63,500 nt of DNA from Kiritimatiellia bacterium (GTDB lineage: Bacteria > Verrucomicrobiota > Kiritimatiellia > UBA8416 > JAWODU01), in contig JAWODU010000027.1 in NCBI GenBank assembly GCA_046483125.1, positions 1 to 63,500 of the forward strand. Reading direction: 5' to 3'. Numbering within the stretch: position 1 is the stretch's first letter; the number at the start of each line of letters is the position of its first letter. The notes beneath the pieces are model-generated. The model was given only the letters and a program-made list of their open reading frames with translations. It did not search any database and was not told the DNA's origin. Made by a program: the position numbers and the translations under genes. Below, piece by piece: positions 39,494 through 49,005 of the stretch.

Positions 39494-41271
39494 TCGACGT
39501 TACCGTCTATCCAGCGCCGTTTGCTTACCAGTTCCCCTTTTTCGTTGCAGCGTTCCTCCACACCGTGAAGAACGTCCTGCTTGAAAGGGCGTTTGCGTTT
39601 TATCCTGCCGTTTTTCCAGTAGTCGACAACGACGCCGTTAATAAGACCTTTCTCGTACGGCACCTCGCGTTTAACACGTTGAGGGGGACCGGGGTAGTAA
39701 TCCACGGACATTCCGTGCCGTAAACCATCCGCGTAGGGTGTAACACGTACCAGGCGGCCCTCGTCATCGTAACGCCTGGAAATACCGGAGGGGCGGCCGT
39801 CAACGTAAGTGGTCTCGGCCAGAACTTCCCCGTTGGGATGGAACACGCGTTGAACGCCGCGCACTTCGCCTTTTACCCACGGCACAACCTTCTGCGCATA
39901 CATCCTGCGGCCGTCCCGGGCATAAAATGTCTCCGGGCCGTGGCGTACGCCGTCTTTCCATGTAATGCTGTGCTCCAGCATGTACCCCACGCGATAGAAC
40001 GTCTGTACGCCGTTTTTCCTGCCGTCCGGACCGACCGGAGTTATATGCTGAACGGAGTCGACCATGTAGCCTTTGCCCGGAACAATTGTTCTTCTGGTTG
40101 TTATCTGCAGACGGTGGTCTTCCGGGAGATCCTTGTACTGTTTCATGAAACGCTGGAACGGCAAAGGCACCGGCTCGGAAGGATCGATCGTAACGACCCG
40201 TTCTTCGCCTTTCTGCCAACCTGGCAGTTTATCCCCCAGCCACGCCCGGTTCTCTGTCGGGTTCCAGGTGAAATGCGTGTGGAAAAGCTCGTTTTTCCCG
40301 GGTCCGGTTACATCGAGTTCCCAGCGGTACTCGTCTTCCGTTTCAGGGTCTATGGCCGGTTCACACTCGGCCGCTAAGGATACCGGCTGTCGGCCGTTCG
40401 GCGGCAGGGAAATCGTCTTATCGGCACTGCCGATTACCTCCTTACCCCGGTGTATCCGCAGAGATGCCTTCACGGCCGTTTCCCCGCCGGCCGGGTTGAC
40501 GAAACACAGACGGGCGAGGGGACGGCCGGCGTACAGAGCTTCCTGAACCCGATCAAGCTGTATAAAGGGAAGATCTTCGGCAAGGGTAAAAACCGGGACG
40601 CGGCCGCGCCGGCCGAGAAAACCGAGGTGAGCATAGGGAAGGGGAGCGGTGATGTTGGTGCCGGTCCGAAAATTGCGCGCGGGCAGGATACGCCAGCGCG
40701 TTCCCGGCCCCTCATGCCCCAACGCCTTGAAGGGAACGTGCGCCTCGAATTCCAGGACATCGTCCGTGAGCAGGGCCCGCGCCCTGATCCCGCCGTCACC
40801 GGCGGCATCACTGCCGTCGACGCGGCGATGAACCGCCCAGGTCCCTGCCGGATTGATTACAAGCCGTACTGAAGAACGCCTGTTGTCATCGTATACCAGC
40901 AACTCCATGGAATCATCCGCGGCCAGGTTTTTCATGGCTCCGTCCCTGGTCTCCGACCTGGGAGACTCGCCTTCCATGAGCCGGGTACTTGATCCGACGT
41001 AAAATCCGGCCTCCGTCCATCCGATCATCCATTTGACATTGCGGGGAAAGAGATTCAGTGTCTGCTCATAAAGCACGCCGTTATAGACAAACGCGTCGCG
41101 CCATTCCGCGTCCTGGATTTTGCCGTCGACAGCCGGAGCCTGTTTCAAACGAGGAATAACGCCGCGGGTATCGGCCTTTCGAGCGTCGCGCTCGTCCGTG
41201 TCCGGCGCGCCAGGGGACTGCCCCGCGAACACGGCCGCCCATGCCGTAATTATGAAAAGCAGATGTTTCAT
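39490..41271 (-). CDS. Secreted CBM9-like plus MORN-variant repeat protein
   Basis: Signal peptide, APAVDGKIQDAEW, C-terminal repeats WKDGVRHG / YVDGRPSG / YADGLRHG / FKQDVLHG. Confidence 0.75.
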   Translation of the reverse strand: MKHLLFIITAWAAVFAGQSPGAPDTDERDARKADTRGVIPRLKQAPAVDGKIQDAEWRDAFVYNGVLYEQTLNLFPRNVKWMIGWTEAGFYVGSSTRLMEGESPRSETRDGAMKNLAADDSMELLVYDDNRRSSVRLVINPAGTWAVHRRVDGSDAAGDGGIRARALLTDDVLEFEAHVPFKALGHEGPGTRWRILPARNFRTGTNITAPLPYAHLGFLGRRGRVPVFTLAEDLPFIQLDRVQEALYAGRPLARLCFVNPAGGETAVKASLRIHRGKEVIGSADKTISLPPNGRQPVSLAAECEPAIDPETEDEYRWELDVTGPGKNELFHTHFTWNPTENRAWLGDKLPGWQKGEERVVTIDPSEPVPLPFQRFMKQYKDLPEDHRLQITTRRTIVPGKGYMVDSVQHITPVGPDGRKNGVQTFYRVGYMLEHSITWKDGVRHGPETFYARDGRRMYAQKVVPWVKGEVRGVQRVFHPNGEVLAETTYVDGRPSGISRRYDDEGRLVRVTPYADGLRHGMSVDYYPGPPQRVKREVPYEKGLINGVVVDYWKNGRIKRKRPFKQDVLHGVEERCNEKGELVSKRRWIDGNVD

Positions 41272-43067
41272 CTCCGCCGCCTCCCGGGCATGCCCCGGGC
41301 CAACAGCAGGCGAAAGTCGTGACGCGGTACGTGTATGGGCCCGTATATTTCAGCCGCCTGACCCTTGTTGGAAGCGGAACGGACGAGGCCGCGCATTTCG
41401 AGGTCAAGCAGGCCTGTCTTGTGATAGGCCGGACGCCCGAGAACGGCTTTCATTCCCCAGTCGCTGTCCTCCGGAACCCTGCCGTAGTCGAGTTCGCGCA
41501 TTATTCCGGCGCCGTGGAGGCGCCCGGGCCCGTCGCCGAATATCCGTTCGACGTCAAGCACCGACAGCCTCTGGCGCACCGATTCGTTTTTCTCATTGAC
41601 AATAACAAAGAGAACCTGCACGCCCTTCTTCTTACCTTTCCCGTGGGGCCGACGGTAAAGGGAAACGTATGTCCCGGCTGACGGGTTGGAGGTTGTCAGA
41701 TTGAACGAGCTTGAGGGATCAAAACTCCCGCCGTAGCGCACGAACTCGCCGGCGCGCCAGTAGGGAATAAATTCAGTGAGACCGTCGTCTTCAAAGAAAC
41801 CGAATTCGCGCAGGGCCCTGGTTACACGGAGAAATTCCGCCGGCTGGTTCAGCCCCCGTATATCGACACCGATATCGTGAAGTAGCGCACGGCCCAGTAC
41901 CTGGCGGTCCATTCCCGGTTCATAGTCGTCAGCCAGTTCGCGGACATTGGGTTCCAGCCTGAGGGTAAGGCCCGTATGAAGTCCCGCCAGCGCCCGGAAC
42001 AAAGCGAGAGGATAAAGGCTTATGCAATCCTTCCGGTGCGACAGCATTTCAGCGCACGCGTTCCCGCGCAGTACGGCATGCGTGGCGTACGGGGCGCCGG
42101 CAAGATAGCCGGCAAAGCCCTCGCGGGGCGCGCCCTTCGGCCCGTCCCGCGTCCGGAACAGGGCCGGAGCGGCAAAGGGCAGCGCCTCAAGATCTTCCGG
42201 CCAGTCTAACCACGCCCGACGGCGCGCTTCCGCGGATCGGTGCCTGAACGGATGTACCAGAAAGGCAACGCTCGCTTTCCCCCGGGGACCGGTTATCAGT
42301 GTAACCCGCCATTGAATCCGGCGCAGTTCGTCGCGCTCAAGTACAATACGGCTTGCGCCTACAGCCAGTTCGGGCAGGTCGAGACCCAGCCAGGAGAATC
42401 CGGCGTCGGCGCTTCCGGCGTAGAGCTGGCGGATACCCCCGGGGGCCTCCTCGGCGCTGTCCCAGACTACTCCTTCATCGGCGGCCAGCAGGGGATTGAG
42501 AAGCTCGCGCGAGACGGTGCCGGGCGCCCCCGGGGGGAGATTGGTCCGGGCCATGTCGACAGGGCCGCGCGGCTCGATCATCAGGGATAAACGGTCTCCC
42601 GCGCCTCCGCCGTCCGCTTTTACATCGACCAGGATTTCCCCGCCGCCACGGTAGGCACAGGAAATGCGCACGTCGTAGGTTCCGGTTTTCAGCCGCGCTT
42701 CAGCCCGGACTGCGCCGTTACTGATCTCAGGTTCCGCCGGGGAAACAACGGTGCTTTCTACCCACTCGCCTTCCACCATGGCCTCAAGTCGCATTGGAGC
42801 AACCAGTCGCGGACCGCGTCCGAGCCACTGCAGAACCATCGCGTCGGGTTCCTGTCCTTCTCTCCTGAGTTCGAGGGGAAGTTCCCGGGGAGATGCCCGG
42901 AGAGTGATCTGTTCGGGCAGAGCGTTCGCGGCAAAATCCACCGTCTGAACCCCCGCGGCCGCCCGCCTGCCGTCGAGCCGCACCTCCAGTCCGTCCGCTT
43001 GCGCCGGGGCCCGCGCCAGCATCGCGGCTGTGCCGATTAAAAACATACATTCCGTCAGCCGTGTCAT
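41268..43067 (-). CDS. Secreted short DUF6067-like protein
   Basis: Signal peptide; shared motifs RELPLELR, GRGP, GRALLHDIG, FIPYWR, YGPIHVP; ATGA overlap with the upstream gene. Confidence 0.7.
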   Translation of the reverse strand: MTRLTECMFLIGTAAMLARAPAQADGLEVRLDGRRAAAGVQTVDFAANALPEQITLRASPRELPLELRREGQEPDAMVLQWLGRGPRLVAPMRLEAMVEGEWVESTVVSPAEPEISNGAVRAEARLKTGTYDVRISCAYRGGGEILVDVKADGGGAGDRLSLMIEPRGPVDMARTNLPPGAPGTVSRELLNPLLAADEGVVWDSAEEAPGGIRQLYAGSADAGFSWLGLDLPELAVGASRIVLERDELRRIQWRVTLITGPRGKASVAFLVHPFRHRSAEARRRAWLDWPEDLEALPFAAPALFRTRDGPKGAPREGFAGYLAGAPYATHAVLRGNACAEMLSHRKDCISLYPLALFRALAGLHTGLTLRLEPNVRELADDYEPGMDRQVLGRALLHDIGVDIRGLNQPAEFLRVTRALREFGFFEDDGLTEFIPYWRAGEFVRYGGSFDPSSSFNLTTSNPSAGTYVSLYRRPHGKGKKKGVQVLFVIVNEKNESVRQRLSVLDVERIFGDGPGRLHGAGIMRELDYGRVPEDSDWGMKAVLGRPAYHKTGLLDLEMRGLVRSASNKGQAAEIYGPIHVPRHDFRLLLARGMPGRRRR

Positions 43068-46000
43068 TCTCCGCCTCCCTTCGCTCCCGCGGGGACGGCA
43101 TAACGGCCCCACAAGACGCGGTATTCATGCGATGGTATGTACAGGGGGCCGTATGTTTCCTCCTGACCCGGCCGCCGCCGAACAAAGCGCCTGTTCTCCA
43201 GGTCGAGAAGCACCCTTCCGTCCTCACCGGAAGCCGACCGCCATTGTTTCAAGGCCGCGGCTTCGGTGTCGTTTTCCACAGTCAGTTCATCAAGGGCCTC
43301 GGTGAGCAACAGTTGATTGCGGCCGTCCGGACCGAAGAAGGGGGCGTTTTTCATGATGTGCAGGTCCCCGCGCACCGGCTCATCGGCCTCGTTCATTATG
43401 GCGAAGATAACCTGGAACCCCTTTTGCCCGTTTTTTTCGTAAGGACGTCTCCATGCGCTCACGTATGCCATGGTTTCCGACGGCCCGTTTATGACCGCAA
43501 ATTTCCTCTCGCCATAGTCCCTGCCGTAACAGACAACGTCCTCCAGCCGCCAGTAGGGTAGAAACTCGACATTCTCATCGTCGAAAAATCCGAAGTCCAT
43601 AAGCCGGTTGAGGAGGCGGATACCCTGTTCCGGCTGGTTCATACTTCCGTGGGGCCCGTCCAGACATACTCCTATATCGTGCGTGAGAGCGCGGCCGAGG
43701 TACTGCCGGTCGAATCTCGTATCGTCGCCCGAATACGGACGCGTGGTGCGTCCGCCGTAACCCGGGACCACCCGGGGTATTGTACCCGTCCACTTCTGGC
43801 AGAAGAAACGGAATTTGTCCTTTGGATAGGCCACAACGCTGTCAATTTCCACGCTGGGGTGGTGCGACCCCGCCATTTCGACAAGCTGAATGTCCCACGC
43901 GAATGATTCGTAAGCGCTTGCCGCGTCGTTAGCCCAGAAATAATTCCGCAGGGGAACATTGCTCTCCTTGAAAACGCGCGCGAGCCGTTTCTGCAGGGTA
44001 CGCATGTAAGTTTCAAGAAAGCCGCGGTGCCACGGCAGTTCTCCGGGTTTGACCGTTACAGGATCGCGAAGGCATGCGTCGCCGGTAGCCAGGTTGTCGG
44101 ACCAGTTGGCCTGGGAGAACATCGGCCAGGTTTCATCCCACCAGAACCCGCGCTTGCGCCCGTAGCGCACGTGTTTCGAGAGCCAGTAAAGAGCCCGCTC
44201 CATGTAATAGCTGTCGATCATATTGTGCACACTGACGTTACGGCACAGTCCGTAGCGCACCCAGGGTCCCCCGACATCGCCCGGATCGCTCACGCACTCT
44301 TCCCACGGCGTTCCGCGCTTGCGCCCTGTCGAGAACGGGGCGTGGTTCTTGAGAAACTCCTCCCAGCCGCTGTAGGGCTTTGCATTACGGTCGTGTTTCC
44401 GCCGTTGTTTGTTGAGCTTCCTGATGCGTTCTTCCGGCACGGGGACGTGCATCATATACTGGTGCGCCCAGGTCCGCCCGCGATAGAGCCACGCGTACCT
44501 CCGCCAGTTCTCCGGTCTCGGCTTCGCCGGATGGGTCAGGACTGTGAACTCGACACTGTCATGCCCGTCGAGCAGGACAGGGTGGTTAACAAAAAATACG
44601 CGCCAGCGGACCTCGCCTTTGCTGTTGCGCTCCAGTGTCATGGCGGACCCGTCCCTGTCCATGTTCCAGCCTTTCTCCGTCCGGCAGATCCACGAGAACC
44701 CGCGCTCGTTACTGCCGAAACGGAGCCAGGGTACGAAATGGCTGTAATACAGCTCGGGGTTGGTGTCGGCCGAATCCCACACTATGCCCGTCTCGCCCTG
44801 ACCGGGCGTCATATCCATCGGACCGGCGTAGTCGGCGATCATCGAGAAACGGTCTATATTAACCGGCTTCCCGCCGCCGTACGTCATCTCCGCGTGCATC
44901 GCGCCGTCGCAGTCGTACTGAACGGTGAGATCAACCGCCAGGTCCCCGGCCTTCAGTCGCGATCTGTATTCCAGTTCGGACTTCCATTGCCGGACAAGAC
45001 GGGCGCCTTCAACAACTTCAAGGGGCACGCTCCGGCCTTCGATTACAGCTTCCAGCCGGTACCCGCGCCTGAGCTGTGGTCCCCGCCCCAGAGCGAGGAG
45101 TGTCTCATCTTCCGTCCGCGAACCGTCCGTCCGGAGTTCAAGCGGCAGTTCCCGCGGATCGGGCCTGATGTAAATCTGCGAGGGCAAGCCGCTTTCATCG
45201 AGGGTGAAGACGTGATTCAGGGTTTCAAAACTCAAAACGCCGCCCTTTTCGCGCGGCCGCATGGGCGTGAAAGGCTCCCAGACGACGTCGTTCTGCCCTT
45301 CGTCCGTAAACATCCAGTCCTCCGTTTTTTTTGTGAACTCGGCTGTATCTTCTCCCATGATGCGCTTGTCTTCGTTAAACAGGAGAACCACGGCTTCGTA
45401 GGTTTTGCCATCCTGCAGGGGAGGCAGGTCCTTTACGACGCAGGCAAAGGGCCCGACGAAATCCGCCCTGGCATTCGCGATTTCGCGCCCCGTCCCGCCG
45501 CTCTCCCTGATCATCAGCTTGACCTCGGTCGCGGTACGGGCCTCCCTGCTGGCTCCCGAAATACCGGTGTCTATTACGGCGGCAACGCGGTTGTTTCTGT
45601 AGCTGTAATTAAAGCGGTAATCGAAGTCTTTTCGCGGCGGACGGTGTTTACCTATGCAGTCCACGTGTATTTCCCGGAACATCGGCTTGTCCTGAGAGTG
45701 AAAAGGAATAAGTTTCGTAATGAAAACCGGCTCGGCCGGCCGGCCCGCGGACCGAACATCGAACCAGAGAGCGTTGCCGTTGACGGTAATGCCAGGCAGT
45801 GGCTTGCGCAGGCGGAGTTTCACGCGCTGGCCGGGACGCAGTTCCAGTTCTCCGTTTTTGAGGCCGGGGTCCGTGTAACTGGAATAGATATTGCCTTCTG
45901 CCGATTCCACGAAGAAGCCGAGGCGAACGGTATGACTGCGGCTGTCGTGGTTCTTGAGGGTAACCCTCACGTCGATGATATCCTCCATTATCGGTCCCAG

Positions 46001-46840
46001 TTCATTGACCTGTACGCTGACGGCTTTTGAATCGAAGATTATTTTGCTTGCCGTATCGCTGAAGGTATTCTTGAAGCTCTGGTACCCGAGACGGCCCGAG
46101 GGTGTTCTGAACATACCCGCCCATTCACCTGCACAGCGGTACAGCGAGAATATCCATTCCGTGCCGTCCGGAGGAGGAACCTGCACAAGATCTCTTCCGT
46201 GTGCGTCGGTGCCGGCGTAGGGACCGAACTTCACCGAAGCCAGCGGCACGGCGAGTTCCTGCACCCAGCGGTCCTTGTCGACTCCTTCCTTCGTCACCGC
46301 ATTGGACTGCCACTCGCGTCCCACCTTCGGTCCGACGTCCCCGATCATGCTGATGGGATTAATCCAGAAGAAGTATCCGCCCATTCTGTAACTCTTGACG
46401 TTGTCATGAAACGGACGCAAACCGAACCCGCAGTAGTCGTCCCTGTAAATGCCGTAGAGCGGATGTTCGATAATATCGGGAAATCTTCCGCGCGAACGCA
46501 GCCAGCTTCCGCGGGGGTAGACGGGGGAGGTGAAAGCGATGTACAGGTTTTCCTTGTCGTAGGACATGTAGACCTGCAGTTGAGTCTCGTGTGGAGCCAT
46601 GAAGTAAAACTGCCCCGAAATCGCATACCAGAACGCCGTCAGAGCCGAGCTGTCTTCCCACTCGCCTTCGGACATCCGACCGTCGATGTCCGGCGGCGTG
46701 TCCGTACGCGGAATCCGGAACTGCGAGATTACCCTCTGCGAAACCGCACCCGACGAAGACGGCGTCTCCAGGTTGGCGCCGCTGGAAGAAAGAACGGCAA
46801 ATGCCAGGAATACCATGTATTTTGCAGTACCGCGCATCAT
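43064..46840 (-). CDS. Large secreted CBM9-like plus DUF6067/GH123-like putative glycoside hydrolase
   Basis: PDIDGRMSEGEW, GSNERGFSW, GFWWDETW, FLPYWR. Confidence 0.75.
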   Translation of the reverse strand: MMRGTAKYMVFLAFAVLSSSGANLETPSSSGAVSQRVISQFRIPRTDTPPDIDGRMSEGEWEDSSALTAFWYAISGQFYFMAPHETQLQVYMSYDKENLYIAFTSPVYPRGSWLRSRGRFPDIIEHPLYGIYRDDYCGFGLRPFHDNVKSYRMGGYFFWINPISMIGDVGPKVGREWQSNAVTKEGVDKDRWVQELAVPLASVKFGPYAGTDAHGRDLVQVPPPDGTEWIFSLYRCAGEWAGMFRTPSGRLGYQSFKNTFSDTASKIIFDSKAVSVQVNELGPIMEDIIDVRVTLKNHDSRSHTVRLGFFVESAEGNIYSSYTDPGLKNGELELRPGQRVKLRLRKPLPGITVNGNALWFDVRSAGRPAEPVFITKLIPFHSQDKPMFREIHVDCIGKHRPPRKDFDYRFNYSYRNNRVAAVIDTGISGASREARTATEVKLMIRESGGTGREIANARADFVGPFACVVKDLPPLQDGKTYEAVVLLFNEDKRIMGEDTAEFTKKTEDWMFTDEGQNDVVWEPFTPMRPREKGGVLSFETLNHVFTLDESGLPSQIYIRPDPRELPLELRTDGSRTEDETLLALGRGPQLRRGYRLEAVIEGRSVPLEVVEGARLVRQWKSELEYRSRLKAGDLAVDLTVQYDCDGAMHAEMTYGGGKPVNIDRFSMIADYAGPMDMTPGQGETGIVWDSADTNPELYYSHFVPWLRFGSNERGFSWICRTEKGWNMDRDGSAMTLERNSKGEVRWRVFFVNHPVLLDGHDSVEFTVLTHPAKPRPENWRRYAWLYRGRTWAHQYMMHVPVPEERIRKLNKQRRKHDRNAKPYSGWEEFLKNHAPFSTGRKRGTPWEECVSDPGDVGGPWVRYGLCRNVSVHNMIDSYYMERALYWLSKHVRYGRKRGFWWDETWPMFSQANWSDNLATGDACLRDPVTVKPGELPWHRGFLETYMRTLQKRLARVFKESNVPLRNYFWANDAASAYESFAWDIQLVEMAGSHHPSVEIDSVVAYPKDKFRFFCQKWTGTIPRVVPGYGGRTTRPYSGDDTRFDRQYLGRALTHDIGVCLDGPHGSMNQPEQGIRLLNRLMDFGFFDDENVEFLPYWRLEDVVCYGRDYGERKFAVINGPSETMAYVSAWRRPYEKNGQKGFQVIFAIMNEADEPVRGDLHIMKNAPFFGPDGRNQLLLTEALDELTVENDTEAAALKQWRSASGEDGRVLLDLENRRFVRRRPGQEETYGPLYIPSHEYRVLWGRYAVPAGAKGGGE

Positions 46841-47937
46841 TCCTCTTTCAGAACGTGAATCCCGTCAAGGACTCCTCCGGCCCACAGGGCGTCATCGAAC
46901 TCGGCCATGCTGGTCATCGGCAGGCGGTTATCGAGCGACCGCCGCCAGGTCCCTTTTTCGTAACACCGCAACCCTCCTCGGGACTGCGTGCTGACCCACA
47001 CGCGGCCGCGGCTGTCGGCAAACAGGAGGCTCACTGCGCCCTCGTTAACGAACTTCCTGTTCCATTCCCGGCCGTCAAACCGGTACAGCCCGCCGGAAGA
47101 GGTACCCGCCCAGATGTTACCGGCATCATCTTCGACCATGGCCAGAACCGCCGACTTTTCATCCTCGATATGAGTCTGCCAGGTACCGTCTTTGTCCATT
47201 GCCGCTGCGCCCCGTCCCCACAGCCCGCACCAGATGCGGCCCTGCGTATCGAGCATGACTGTCCGCACGTTGAACCCGGCAATATGGTGGACGGCCTTGT
47301 CCTCGCCCTCCCCGGGGTCAACTTCAAAGACTCCGTCGCCGTCTGCCAGAACCCAGAGCCTCCCGTCACGCGTGCGCACCACGTCGTAAAGGGCTGTATC
47401 CTCAAAGGCCTCAACAATTTTCCACTCCCCCGCGGTATTGCCATACAGCCTGCTGAGGCCCGTTCCGTCGTTTTTCGCCAGGGCCCACAGCCTGTCATCG
47501 TCAAAGGGAAGTACCGGCGCGACCGTCAGTCCTTTGAGGGCAACGTCGCCGAGCACGAGGTCCTGCATTCGGAACAGACCGCCTGCGGCCCCCACCAGAA
47601 AGGAGTCTTTGCCTGTTTCAAGTATACTGCAGATCCTGAGATCGGCCTTCTCAGTAGTCTCGACTGTCTTCCATTCACCGGTATTCGGATCGCGGCGCTT
47701 TTCCCCGGTAATCTTTGAAGCCGCGGCAAACGTTCCGTCGCGATACCGCGTGAGCCCCGAAAGAGTGCCGATCCACAGGTTCCTGCCCGTAACTTTCAGA
47801 AACTGGATCTCGTTAGCGGCCAGTTCGGGCTCGGACCCGGTAGTGACCGAACGCCAGGCGTCGAGAGCGTGCGCGCTCACACCGGGTAAAAGAATAGTCG
47901 AAAAGGCAAGCAGTACTGTAATCTGTAATTCTCTCAT
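46837..47937 (-). CDS. Secreted beta-propeller (two-component regulator propeller repeats)
   Basis: Repeated D-x-x-G-x-x-W-x-G units (DTQGRIWCG, DDAGNIWAG, DSRGRVWVS). Confidence 0.85.
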   Translation of the reverse strand: MRELQITVLLAFSTILLPGVSAHALDAWRSVTTGSEPELAANEIQFLKVTGRNLWIGTLSGLTRYRDGTFAAASKITGEKRRDPNTGEWKTVETTEKADLRICSILETGKDSFLVGAAGGLFRMQDLVLGDVALKGLTVAPVLPFDDDRLWALAKNDGTGLSRLYGNTAGEWKIVEAFEDTALYDVVRTRDGRLWVLADGDGVFEVDPGEGEDKAVHHIAGFNVRTVMLDTQGRIWCGLWGRGAAAMDKDGTWQTHIEDEKSAVLAMVEDDAGNIWAGTSSGGLYRFDGREWNRKFVNEGAVSLLFADSRGRVWVSTQSRGGLRCYEKGTWRRSLDNRLPMTSMAEFDDALWAGGVLDGIHVLKEE

Positions 47938-47946
47938 CCGTTCTCC

Positions 47947-49005
47947 TTACGGTTTCAAAGGGACAACACCCCAGCCGGATGATTCGGTAAGGTCCCGGGC
48001 GGCAAAACACCAGATAATGAGTTTCTTTCCGGCCAGGTAATTTCCATTCCGTGCGCGGCGGTAAAGGGAAACGCGGGCGGTCCTCGCGCCGGAACCCCGC
48101 ACGCCTATAACATCAACGCCGAACTTCAGCTCGCAGGCAAGCTGGTCTGCAAGCCCGGAGGCCCTGGCGTGCATGTCCCCTCCGGCGTGAAAAACAAGCG
48201 TATGGCTGTCTCCCATCAGGAGCACAGGGCTGTCCGGATCGTCCATAATCGGGAGGCCGTCGTGCTTTACCTTCCTCACTGTAACTGTTTCCCTCGGAAC
48301 TTTATCGTCTTCGAAAGCTTCGCGTAGATCCCCGTCGATTTCAATTGTTTCGGTTCCGGCGCTGATATGCTGTTTGGGCACCTTGGCGCACCAGGGCGCG
48401 GCCCGAACACGTTCCGCGAGCACTTTACCGAGCACAATACAGGCCTTTCCTGAAAAGTGGGAATCCTGCCTGCAGTACATCCTTTCGGAACCGCCGGCAC
48501 GCCTCTCGAGGAAAACGTCCGTCGGATCGAGAACCGTTACACCCCTGTCTTGGAGGAGCCGGTAGAACTGTTGATGCGCCGCGTCCAGCCTTACCGGGTT
48601 TGCGGCGAAACCGGCGGGAATAACTTCGCCGGCAATCGCCTCCGGATAGATCATCGCCTTCGGAGGGATGGGAAGCACAATAAGTTCGATATTGTTATCC
48701 CTGCATTGCTTATTGTATTCGACAATCGCCTCCAGCGGGTCGGCCTGGTCGGGTTTGGTCGAACGCGAGACCTCTATGGCGCGATCGCCCCAGAATGTTC
48801 CGACGGCGATGTGCCGGAGTTCCTTGCGCAGGAACAGCCACCCGTCTTCTCCGCGCACGGCAAGGCTGTCCGGGGAGGCTTTGTAAATACGCATGCAGTG
48901 CGCGCGGAATCCGGCGGCAAGCGCTTTATCTGCAGTTTCCCCGCCGGCGCCGCGCGGCACTATGCCGGCCGCGAGAACACAGAAAACATAAATCCATCGC
49001 TTCAT
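47947..49005 (-). CDS. AlgX/AlgJ-like SGNH O-acetyltransferase
   Basis: GEDGWLF, PPKA, DSH (DxH), GDS catalytic motifs, IWCFAAR. Confidence 0.85.
   Translation of the reverse strand: MKRWIYVFCVLAAGIVPRGAGGETADKALAAGFRAHCMRIYKASPDSLAVRGEDGWLFLRKELRHIAVGTFWGDRAIEVSRSTKPDQADPLEAIVEYNKQCRDNNIELIVLPIPPKAMIYPEAIAGEVIPAGFAANPVRLDAAHQQFYRLLQDRGVTVLDPTDVFLERRAGGSERMYCRQDSHFSGKACIVLGKVLAERVRAAPWCAKVPKQHISAGTETIEIDGDLREAFEDDKVPRETVTVRKVKHDGLPIMDDPDSPVLLMGDSHTLVFHAGGDMHARASGLADQLACELKFGVDVIGVRGSGARTARVSLYRRARNGNYLAGKKLIIWCFAARDLTESSGWGVVPLKP

Noticed and set aside
39490-40100. YwqK antitoxin / toxin-antitoxin system
   Set aside because: Generic MORN-variant repeats in an exported multidomain protein, with no adjacent toxin
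44027-46030. 667-aa plus-strand ORF (similarly 33089-34441, 37163-38449, 58691-59953)
   Set aside because: Antisense shadows of well-supported genes in GC-rich DNA
28794-46840. Diversity-generating retroelement behind the paralogs
   Set aside because: No reverse transcriptase, and the paralogs are diverged throughout rather than at adenines only
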